Shown here piece by piece: positions 52,480-60,103 of a stretch of 64,000 bases of DNA; positions within the stretch are counted from its first letter, which is position 1, and each line of letters begins with the position of its first letter. Origin of the DNA: Armatimonadota bacterium (GTDB lineage Bacteria > Armatimonadota > HRBIN16); NCBI GenBank assembly GCA_026003195.1, contig BPGU01000003.1:785086-849085 (forward strand). The letters run 5' to 3'. Position numbers and translations under genes: made by a program. The notes beneath the pieces were generated by a model. That model was not told where the DNA came from and searched no databases. It saw only the letters and a list, made by a program, of their open reading frames with translations.

Positions 52480-53427
52480 ATGGCAGTGGAAGTTCGGATG
52501 ATACCCGTGTCGCAAATCGTGGAGGACCCGGAACAACCTCGCCGCGACATGGACCCCGAGAGCCTGCAGGGACTGGCAGACAGCCTTCGCCAGCACGGCA
52601 TGTTGCAGCCCATCGTGGTGAAGCCCCTGCACAACGTGAACATGTACCAGATTGTGATCGGCGAGAGGCGATGGCGCGCGGCACAGATGGCTGGACTGTT
52701 CGAAATCCCCTGCATCGTGCGGGAGGTGGACCCGGAAGAGGCACTGACCGACCAGCTGATTGAGAACCTGCAGCGCGAGGATTTGCGGCCGATTGACCGC
52801 GCTCGTGCCCTGCAGGCAGCCAAGACCAAACTGGGCTTGTCCAACCGCGATCTCGCAAGCCGGCTGGGTATCAGCGAGCGCATGGTAGGCTACATGCTGG
52901 AGCTGCTCGACCTGCCCGAAGAGATTGCCGAACAGGTGGTTTCACGCCCCAACCGCCCCGCCGAAGGCGCCATCACCGAAAAACATGCCCGTTTTCTCAA
53001 ACAGCTGAACGAGATGCCCGAGGTGCAGGCGCAGGTCGCAGAAAAAATCAAGAGCGATCGCCTGAGCACCGACGACACTGCCAAACTGGTGAAAGCCCTG
53101 CGCATGTCGCCGGAGCGCGCGGAGGAGCTTTTGCGTGGCTCGGCACCCGACTGGGCAGAGTGGACCAGCCCCGAACTGCCCCCCTTGCCCGAAGAGGAAG
53201 CCGTTGCGGTCTCCACGCTGCCGTCTACAGTGAAACGTCCCGTCGCTCCTTCTCCAGCGTCGACCGCCACCGAGCAACCTGCGGACATGGTGCGCAAAGC
53301 GATTGAACTGCTGGGTGAGCTGGAGCCTGCACAGATGACCCCCGAACAGCGCGTGGAGACTGTGGAGGTGCTTCGTTCTCTGCTTATCGTCGCGGAGACG
53401 CTCATCGACCAGCTGATGGAACAGTAA
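52480..53427 (+). CDS. ParB/Srx-fold (ParB N-terminal domain + HTH) protein with non-canonical Pro/Glu-rich C-terminus
   Basis: EDPEQPRRDMDPESLQGLADSLRQHGMLQPIVV, IGERRWRAAQMAG (GERRxRA box), ENLQREDL, and an HTH at SNRDLASRLGISERMVGYMLEL. ATG 52480 lies 8 nt after GGGAG; track GTG 52471. Confidence 0.85.
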   Translation: MAVEVRMIPVSQIVEDPEQPRRDMDPESLQGLADSLRQHGMLQPIVVKPLHNVNMYQIVIGERRWRAAQMAGLFEIPCIVREVDPEEALTDQLIENLQREDLRPIDRARALQAAKTKLGLSNRDLASRLGISERMVGYMLELLDLPEEIAEQVVSRPNRPAEGAITEKHARFLKQLNEMPEVQAQVAEKIKSDRLSTDDTAKLVKALRMSPERAEELLRGSAPDWAEWTSPELPPLPEEEAVAVSTLPSTVKRPVAPSPASTATEQPADMVRKAIELLGELEPAQMTPEQRVETVEVLRSLLIVAETLIDQLMEQ

Positions 53428-53433
53428 GGCGGT

Positions 53434-53481
53434 ACAAAAAAGCGGGGTAGCAGTGAAAGGAGAGCAAAGCCTGCTACCCCG
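53434..53481 (-). terminator. intrinsic terminator oriented for the minus strand, with no upstream minus-strand gene
   Basis: 11-bp stem CGGGGTAGCAG (53443-53453) / CTGCTACCCCG (53471-53481) with a 17-nt loop. On the minus strand it is followed by CUUUUUUGU (53442-53434). On the plus strand no U-tract follows. Confidence 0.55.
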
Positions 53482-53541
53482 AGGAAGGAAGGTGAACTCG
53501 GTTCGCTACTACTATTATCGGCTGCGAACTCGAGTTTCTCT
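53434..53541 (-). ncRNA. candidate small RNA of about 105-110 nt (two stem-loops flanking a CU-rich anti-SD-like segment)
   Basis: Minus-strand TATAAT at 53553-48 with a weak -35. Stem-loop 1: 53524-53534 / 53497-53506 (10 bp, 1 bulge). Single-stranded UUCACCUUCCUUCCUC (53496-53481). Then the terminator above. Confidence 0.3.
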
Positions 53542-53731
53542 AGTATTATTATACGCGAAATCTACCTCAAAATACCTGTTTTTTTGCCCCTTTTTTTGGT
53601 AATTTTTGATTCAGAACAAGTACAATACCTCGCCGTAACTCGGTAGCAGTATATCATGAAATACTGGTTTTGTCAAGGAGACTCTAATACCGGCTATCTC
53701 GACAGTGGGTATCCGCGAAGGAAGATGCCCC

Positions 53732-54178
53732 ATGTTTCGGCGAACAACGGTCATACCGTTCACGGAGACTGCGAAGATGCTTCCACCTGACGCCATCCCG
53801 AACGAGCCGGGGGCGTACCAGCTGGTACTGTTCCTGGCGAAAGACATCACCCTGCAAGTCGGCGCACTGGGCACCTTTGAGTTCCCCGCGGGCAGGTATC
53901 TCTACACAGGCAGTGCGCTGGCAGGCTTGCGGAGGCGGATTGCCCGCCACCTGCGCAAGGAGAAACGCCTGCGCTGGCACATCGACTACCTGCTGCAATA
54001 TGCTGTGGTGGAAGACATCCGCCTTTTTCCCTTGAGCGAACAGGGAGAGTGCGCTATCAACCAGCAGGCGCTCGCTTTGCCTCACGCCCGGGTGATAGCG
54101 CATGGCTTCGGCTCCAGCGATTGTCGCTGTCCAGCGCATCTGGTGTATCTGGGGCAGGATGTTTGTCCCCCAGTGTGA
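53732..54178 (+). CDS. DUF123 / Uri-superfamily (GIY-YIG-like) endonuclease
   Basis: GAYQLVLFL...VGALG.FEFPAGRYLYTGSA...RIARHL....LRWHIDYL pattern characteristic of DUF123. Start ambiguous (GTG 53705, ATG 53732 or ATG 53777). Confidence 0.7.
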   Translation: MFRRTTVIPFTETAKMLPPDAIPNEPGAYQLVLFLAKDITLQVGALGTFEFPAGRYLYTGSALAGLRRRIARHLRKEKRLRWHIDYLLQYAVVEDIRLFPLSEQGECAINQQALALPHARVIAHGFGSSDCRCPAHLVYLGQDVCPPV

Positions 54179-54217
54179 AATGAGTATCCAACCGTTGTCC
54201 TTGCGGAGGTGTGAACA

Positions 54218-55765
54218 GTGAGGTGGTTGACCATGCTCTGCACAGCACTCATAACCTGCCTGCCGATGACCGTTCGCTTCGCACGGCAGCCTAGTTGTCA
54301 ACTCTGGGTGGCGCCTGGTATGCAGAAGATATTTCGGGAGGATTCCCCTCCCGCTTCTGCAGAAACGGTGCTGCGGCTCTCCGCTGCCCGGGGTGAGCGA
54401 GAGGCGGCGCAAATCGTGCTTCGCTCTCCCCGCAAGGCGCAGCTGGTAGATGTCACCATAAGCAACCTGCAGGCTGCTGGAGGTGTGCGCCTGGGCGCGG
54501 AGGTGGTGACCGTCTACCGGGTGGCGTACGTTTACCTTCCTGCACACGGTCGGGACTATCCGGATCCTCTACCGCCGTTGCAGCTGCCCTTAGAGCTGGA
54601 ACCGAACAGCAACCAGCCTTTGTGGGTCAGCGTGGAGGTGCCTCGCGACGCCAAACCCGGGCTGTATCGCGGTCAACTGGAACTGGAAATCACCGGCGGC
54701 GAGAGGCATACGGTTCCGATAGAGCTCCGGGTGTGGAGTTTCGAAATTCCGCTCCAGCCATCGATGCGTACTGCCTTTGGACTGTGGGGTGATGGGATTG
54801 CCCGGCACCACAGCGTTTCACCGAACAGCAAGGCTTACCAGAAGCTGATGGAGCGCTACTGGGAGCATCTGGTGTCGCGCCGAATCTCACCCTATTCTAT
54901 TCCGGTAGACATCTTCTCACCGGAGGCAGGCAAGTACCTGGGCGACCCGCGTCTGAGCAGCTTCGTTATCCCTTACAGCGACGACGAAGCGCAGCTGCGT
55001 CGAACGGTAGAACATCTGAGACAAGGAGGGTGGCTGCACAAAGGCTATTTCTACGTGGTGGATGAGCCCATTACCCGCGAGCAGTACGACCGCCTGATAG
55101 AGGTGTGCAACCGGATCCGAAAGATAGACCCCAGCCTCAAAATCGTGTCGCCCTATTATCGCAACCCGGATTTTGACAAAGACAAAACACCCATAGACCT
55201 GCTGACTGGGTACATCAACATCTGGTGTCCGAACACCGCGTTCTTCCATCCCAACCTGCTTCGCCCAAGGCAGCAACAGGGGGAGGAGGTGTGGTGGTAC
55301 GTCTGCTGTGGACCCCGAAAACCTTTTGCCAACTTCTTTGTGGATATGGACGGTATCGCACATCGCATCCTCTTCTGGCAGCAGAAACTGTTCGGCGTGC
55401 AGGGATTGCTGTACTGGAATACCGTCTGGTGGAACCCTTCCAGCACCGAAGACCCCTGGAAGGACATTGCTACCGTGAAAGACATCAATCCGAATGTGTA
55501 TGGCGACGGTTCGCTGATGTACCCGGGCAAGCGCGCAGGTGTGTATGGTCCTGTGTCATCTATCCGTCTCGAACTCATCTGCGACGGCACAGAGGACTAC
55601 GAATATCTCACGCTCTACGAGAAGGAGTTCGGCGAATCCGCCACGCGGGAAGTGATCCAGGAGCTGACCCGGAGCCTGACGGAATTTGAGACAGACCCCA
55701 GGAAACTGGAACAGTTACGTGAGCGAATCGCACGCGCCCTTGACGCCAGGCACTCTCGCAGGTGA
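54218..55765 (+). CDS. DUF4091-domain (GH123-like) protein
   Basis: N-terminal LWVAPGMQKIFRED...LSAARGEREAAQIVLRS beta-sandwich and a TIM-like C-terminal half typical of DUF4091 proteins. Assignment by overall resemblance. Confidence 0.6.
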   Translation: MRWLTMLCTALITCLPMTVRFARQPSCQLWVAPGMQKIFREDSPPASAETVLRLSAARGEREAAQIVLRSPRKAQLVDVTISNLQAAGGVRLGAEVVTVYRVAYVYLPAHGRDYPDPLPPLQLPLELEPNSNQPLWVSVEVPRDAKPGLYRGQLELEITGGERHTVPIELRVWSFEIPLQPSMRTAFGLWGDGIARHHSVSPNSKAYQKLMERYWEHLVSRRISPYSIPVDIFSPEAGKYLGDPRLSSFVIPYSDDEAQLRRTVEHLRQGGWLHKGYFYVVDEPITREQYDRLIEVCNRIRKIDPSLKIVSPYYRNPDFDKDKTPIDLLTGYINIWCPNTAFFHPNLLRPRQQQGEEVWWYVCCGPRKPFANFFVDMDGIAHRILFWQQKLFGVQGLLYWNTVWWNPSSTEDPWKDIATVKDINPNVYGDGSLMYPGKRAGVYGPVSSIRLELICDGTEDYEYLTLYEKEFGESATREVIQELTRSLTEFETDPRKLEQLRERIARALDARHSRR

Positions 55766-55803
55766 TAATTAAAGAGTGGATGCCGAAAAGTAAAGGAGAA
55801 AGG

Positions 55804-56373
55804 ATGACACCGGTTCGATTTCCCACCGTGTCCTGGCATGAGAAGGTGGTCACTTTTCGCCCGCGCCGCACGTGGAAGGGTATCCAGCCTGTGCACGCGG
55901 TGTTGCTGTTTGCCTTTTTTGGCGACAGGGTGGTGCTTTGTGACATCGAAGGGCGTGGCTGGAGCGTGCCCAGCGGTCATGTCCAGCCGGGCGAAAGCCC
56001 GGAACAGGCAATGCGCCGAGAGGCTCAAGAGGAGGCAGGCATCGTGCTGAACAGAATGCAGCCTCTGGGCGTTTATATCCTGCAGGAATCAGACGGTAGC
56101 CGCTGGTATGCTCCCGTATTCGTCGGCGAGGTGGCACACTTCGCTCCCATCCCCGACACCAGCGAGTCGCACGGCGTGCTGCTCATACCCCCGGAGGATG
56201 TGCAGGAAGTATACCACCTCTGGGACTCGCTGGTGGCGGAAGTGTTTCGCTACGCGCTCACGCAGTATCAACAGCGGTTCCGCCCGGGTGTGCCGTTACG
56301 TGAGATTTACGAACAGTTTGCCCGTGTGGAGCCCATGCCCGAAAACGACGCCAGCAGTCATTTTTCGCCATAA
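55804..56373 (+). CDS. NUDIX hydrolase
   Basis: Exact Nudix box GHVQPGESPEQAMRREAQEEAGI. ATG 55804 lies 5 nt after AAGGAG. Confidence 0.85.
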   Translation: MTPVRFPTVSWHEKVVTFRPRRTWKGIQPVHAVLLFAFFGDRVVLCDIEGRGWSVPSGHVQPGESPEQAMRREAQEEAGIVLNRMQPLGVYILQESDGSRWYAPVFVGEVAHFAPIPDTSESHGVLLIPPEDVQEVYHLWDSLVAEVFRYALTQYQQRFRPGVPLREIYEQFARVEPMPENDASSHFSP

Positions 56374-56384
56374 GGAGGTTCAGT

Positions 56385-57578
56385 ATGTTCATTTCCCAGC
56401 GTGCGCAACGCACCAGCCCATCTCCTACCCTTGCCATCACTGCTAAAGCGCGCAAGATGCGCGAGGAGGGCATCGATGTGCTCTCTTTCGGGGCAGGGGA
56501 ACCCGACTTCGATACCCCCGAGTTCATTAAAGACGCTGCTATCGCTGCCCTGCGAGAAGGGTTTACTAAATACACGCCCACCGCTGGCATCGAGCCTCTG
56601 CGCAAGGCGATTTGCGAAAAGCTGTGGCGCGATAACGGGCTGAAATACGAGCCCAACCAGATTATCGTCACCTGCGGTGGCAAGCACGCGCTGTACAATA
56701 CCTTTCAGGTCATCTGCGACCCCGGTGACGAGGTGATTATCCCTGCGCCATACTGGGTGAGCTACCCCGAAATGGTCAAACTCGCCGACGGTGTGCCGGT
56801 GTTTGTGCACGCGGACGAGAGCACCGGTTTTGTGCCCACCATCGACGCCATTCGCGAGAAGATAACCCCCCGCACCCGCGCTATCGTAGTGAACAGTCCC
56901 TGCAACCCGACGGGTGCGGTGTTCCCTCGCCAGACGCTGAAGGAGATCGCTGCCCTTGCGCTCAAGCACGACCTGTACCTCATCTCCGACGAGATTTACG
57001 AGAAGATGGTCTACGACGGGCAAGAGCACTACAGCATCGCCAGTCTGGGCGAGGAGGTGAAAAAGCGCACCATTCTGGTCAACGGGATGTCCAAAGCGTA
57101 CTCTATGACCGGCTGGCGTATCGGCTATGCTGCGGCGGAGCGTGATCTGGTTGCCGCCATGACGCGCATCCAGGACCAGTCCACCTCTAACCCCACCTCC
57201 ATTGCACAACGCGCCGCACTGGCGGCGTTGCAGGAGCCGGAGGACACGGTGAAGCAGATGGTGGCAGCGTTCGCCGAACGCAGACGGGTGATTGTGGATG
57301 GTCTGAACAGCATTCCGGGCTTCCGCTGTGCCGAACCGGGCGGGGCATTTTATGCTTTCCCCAACGTCTCCGCGCTGTACGGCAAGCGCTGGGGCGATCG
57401 GGTAATCCATAACTCGGATGCTTTTGCGGAGTACCTGCTGGAGGTAGCCCGGGTAGCAGTGGTGCCGGGCAGCGGCTTCGGTGCGGATGAAAACATCCGG
57501 TTGTCCTACGCCTGTTCGCTGGACACCATCCGCAACGGTCTCGCCCGCATCGCCGACGCGGTGCAGGCATTGGGATAG
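56385..57578 (+). CDS. aspartate/aromatic aminotransferase (class I PLP enzyme)
   Basis: SKAYSMTGWRIGY PLP-lysine motif, NSPCNPTG, and AAGGAGG SD. Confidence 0.9.
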   Translation: MFISQRAQRTSPSPTLAITAKARKMREEGIDVLSFGAGEPDFDTPEFIKDAAIAALREGFTKYTPTAGIEPLRKAICEKLWRDNGLKYEPNQIIVTCGGKHALYNTFQVICDPGDEVIIPAPYWVSYPEMVKLADGVPVFVHADESTGFVPTIDAIREKITPRTRAIVVNSPCNPTGAVFPRQTLKEIAALALKHDLYLISDEIYEKMVYDGQEHYSIASLGEEVKKRTILVNGMSKAYSMTGWRIGYAAAERDLVAAMTRIQDQSTSNPTSIAQRAALAALQEPEDTVKQMVAAFAERRRVIVDGLNSIPGFRCAEPGGAFYAFPNVSALYGKRWGDRVIHNSDAFAEYLLEVARVAVVPGSGFGADENIRLSYACSLDTIRNGLARIADAVQALG

Positions 57579-57597
57579 CTCCGAGGTGTTGCGTCGT

Positions 57598-57636
57598 GCT
57601 CGTATGGGGAGAGATAACCCTGCTCTCCCTACGAGC
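57598..57636 (+). terminator. strong hairpin after the aminotransferase gene (no U-tract)
   Basis: GCTCGTA-TG-GGGAGAG / CTCTCCC-TACGAGC, 14 bp with a 2-nt bulge and a 9-nt loop. Confidence 0.35.
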
Positions 57637-57680
57637 GTCTAAAGGGCAAGACGACGTGGGAATAGAGGAGGGTCGTGACG

Positions 57681-59027
57681 ATGCCTTCATCTCCGCTTTT
57701 GCACGTTCGCGCCGTCACCCGTGAAGGGCGACCGGTGCAAGGCGCACAGGTTTTGCTGTGGCGCATCGTTCCTGCCGGCGTGCTGAAACCTCTGCTGGGA
57801 AACTGGAGCACCTCTGAAACGGGTGAGCTGCGTACCCACCTCCCCCTGCCCTCCGAACTGCTCACCGTTGCCAGCGAGAACCGAACACCTCTGCGCTTTT
57901 TGGTGCTGGCGTGGCACTCACAGGCGGGATGGGCGTGGAGCGTTGTGCCTTTGGACGCTCTGCAAAACGTGAGGCTGGCTCTCACTTCGGCTGGGCAGGC
58001 TACATGGACGGTGCAGAACTGCTTCGGTGAGTCCGCGAAGGGGCTGAAGGGAAGGGTGGCGCAGCTGCGGATACCCGGCATCCCCGTGCCGGTACATCTA
58101 CCGCAGCTGCCGGGCGCCTCTCTGCAGACGGATGCGCAGGGCAAGATCAAGGTGGGCTTGCCCGAAGGGGCGACCGCTTTCTGGGAGTGGGAAGGAGCGT
58201 TGCCTGAGGGAATGCGTTGGCGGTTCCGCGAGCCGGTGCCGCTTCGCGCCGGACGTGAACAGCGGGTGCGCTACCATCTGGGTACGTGTGAGGTACGCGG
58301 CAGGCTGGTAGACTCCCGCACGCGACAACCGCTGCGTGAAGAGGCGGTGCTGTTACACACGAAACCGGGTCGGTGGTTGCAAAGTGTTCCCACCGATTAC
58401 CTGACCTTCACCGATGCACAGGGGCGATTTAGCGTATACCAGCTGCCCGGTCCCACCGGCCCGATTATGCCTGCAGTGTGTCGATTCCCTGACGGCACGG
58501 AGGTATGGACGAGCCTGATTCCCCCGGAGACACCTCCTCCCATGCACACAGCCTGCGAGCGATGGGAGCTGGGAGAGATCGCACTCCAGGCACCGGATGC
58601 GCTCCTTGAAGGAGAGGTGAGGAGAGCAGACGGCAAGCCGGAGCCATTTGCGCTGGTCGTCGCGCAGGGCAAAAAAACACCTGCGCCAGCAGAAAGGGAA
58701 GACATCACCTGTTGTGTCGCCACCTGCGGAGGGGTACGAAAAACCTTGCGACAACGGACGCGCCTCGTCGCGCCGTTTGCCTGTGCTTTTGCAGATGCAC
58801 GCGGTCGGTTTCGCCTGTCGGTGCGAGCGGGTGAGTGGCAGCTCAGGGCGCATCCGTCGCATCCGCCTCGGGAGCCTGCGCCTGCATCCGCACCATCCCC
58901 ACCCTGCCAGATACCTTCCGTGAGCACCGATACCCGATGGACGGCAGTGCAGGTGTCTGCGGGTCAAACAGTAAAGGTGCGGCTACCGCTCAGCGCAGGC
59001 GGTTACGTTCGCCCGATACGGGTTTAA
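57681..59027 (+). CDS. hypothetical protein with carboxypeptidase-regulatory-like beta-sandwich repeats, no signal peptide
   Basis: Repeated V.G.V.D..G.P-type segments (VRAVTREGRPVQGAQV, VRGRLVDSRTRQPLREEAV, LEGEVRRADGKPEPFALV). ATG 57681 lies after AGGAGGG. Confidence 0.5.
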   Translation: MPSSPLLHVRAVTREGRPVQGAQVLLWRIVPAGVLKPLLGNWSTSETGELRTHLPLPSELLTVASENRTPLRFLVLAWHSQAGWAWSVVPLDALQNVRLALTSAGQATWTVQNCFGESAKGLKGRVAQLRIPGIPVPVHLPQLPGASLQTDAQGKIKVGLPEGATAFWEWEGALPEGMRWRFREPVPLRAGREQRVRYHLGTCEVRGRLVDSRTRQPLREEAVLLHTKPGRWLQSVPTDYLTFTDAQGRFSVYQLPGPTGPIMPAVCRFPDGTEVWTSLIPPETPPPMHTACERWELGEIALQAPDALLEGEVRRADGKPEPFALVVAQGKKTPAPAEREDITCCVATCGGVRKTLRQRTRLVAPFACAFADARGRFRLSVRAGEWQLRAHPSHPPREPAPASAPSPPCQIPSVSTDTRWTAVQVSAGQTVKVRLPLSAGGYVRPIRV

Positions 59028-59035
59028 CGTCCCCT

Positions 59036-60103
59036 TTAGCCATACTGCCCGTATTTGCGTACCAGTGCTACCACCTGTGCATAGCGGGCGAGGCTGACCG
59101 TCGGCGGGATGGAGTGGTCGCTATGGTACATGTAACCGCCGCCCTCCATCGCCACCGCGAGCTTGCTGCGAATCTCCTCCTCCAGCTGCTCGTCGGTTCC
59201 GGAAGCCATCACGTCCGCGCTGATATTGCCGAAGAAGACGATTTGCGTGCCGTAGAGCCTCTTCAGCTCGCGCACGTCGTTGCCCGCCCGTGCCTCTAAC
59301 GGTTGGATGGCGTCGAAGCCCGCTTCAATCAGCAGAGGGATGAACTGCCGCACATCGCCGTCGCAGTGCAACAACATCGGTATCCCCTGTGCCTCACACC
59401 ATGCCTTCACCTTGCGGTGGCAGGGCATCAGCAGTTCGCGGTAGGTGCGAGGCGAGAAGAGCATGCCGTTCTTGTAGCACAGGTCGGAGAAGAACCACAG
59501 TCCGTCGAAGGTGATGCCTCTCTCCACACACAGCTGACACATTCCCAGCAGAAAGTCGGTATAGGTGTTGAGGATGTCAGCGATAAGGTCAGGCTGTTCG
59601 GCAATCAGGGGCAGGGCGTTCTGGAACCCCATCAGGTGGTCCAGGATGTACCACATCGGCTCCACCGGCTCCGCCACCACGAACCAGTCCTGCTCGCGCC
59701 AGGCGTGGTAGCTTTGTACCATCCCGTCGGGAATGCGGTCTGCACTGACCTGCAAACGCGGCTTCACCTTCAGCCAGTCTTCCCAGCTCTGTACGGTACA
59801 TTCCAGACGAGCAGGAGGAGCATACGAATCTTTCCACTCTTTGACCACCAGTCCGTTGGCATTACGGTAGACGCGCCAGCGCTCGGTCTCCTCGATCATC
59901 TCCACCGGCAGCTGCAGCGAGCCATCAAAGCCGAAACGCTCGATCCTGTCCAGCCCGAAATAGTCCACCGGGTCTGCGCCTTGGGGAAAACCCTCTTGCT
60001 GCCAGCGCACGAGGGTCTCGGGCCAGAAGGTGATGTCCAGCATGGGTACGCGGTCGGGAATGCCGCGCGCCAGGGTGATTCGGATGCGTTCGCGCGAGTT
60101 CAT
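59036..60103 (-). CDS. URO-D family methyltransferase-like protein (MtaA/MtbA-like)
   Basis: MNSRERIRITLARGIPDRVPMLD N-terminus typical of URO-D-fold methylcobamide methyltransferase homologues. ATGA overlap with the upstream MtaB-like gene. Confidence 0.65.
   Translation of the reverse strand: MNSRERIRITLARGIPDRVPMLDITFWPETLVRWQQEGFPQGADPVDYFGLDRIERFGFDGSLQLPVEMIEETERWRVYRNANGLVVKEWKDSYAPPARLECTVQSWEDWLKVKPRLQVSADRIPDGMVQSYHAWREQDWFVVAEPVEPMWYILDHLMGFQNALPLIAEQPDLIADILNTYTDFLLGMCQLCVERGITFDGLWFFSDLCYKNGMLFSPRTYRELLMPCHRKVKAWCEAQGIPMLLHCDGDVRQFIPLLIEAGFDAIQPLEARAGNDVRELKRLYGTQIVFFGNISADVMASGTDEQLEEEIRSKLAVAMEGGGYMYHSDHSIPPTVSLARYAQVVALVRKYGQYG

Noticed and set aside
53492-53602. 36-codon plus-strand ORF (MNSVRYYYYRLRTRVSLVLLYAKSTSKYLFFCPFFW) with an SD-like GAGGAAGGAAG, considered as a type I toxin.
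   Set aside because: The hydrophobic segments are too short for a TM helix, and the composition simply mirrors the AT-rich spacer (Tyr/Phe/Leu codons). It is kept only as an alternative explanation within the sRNA finding.
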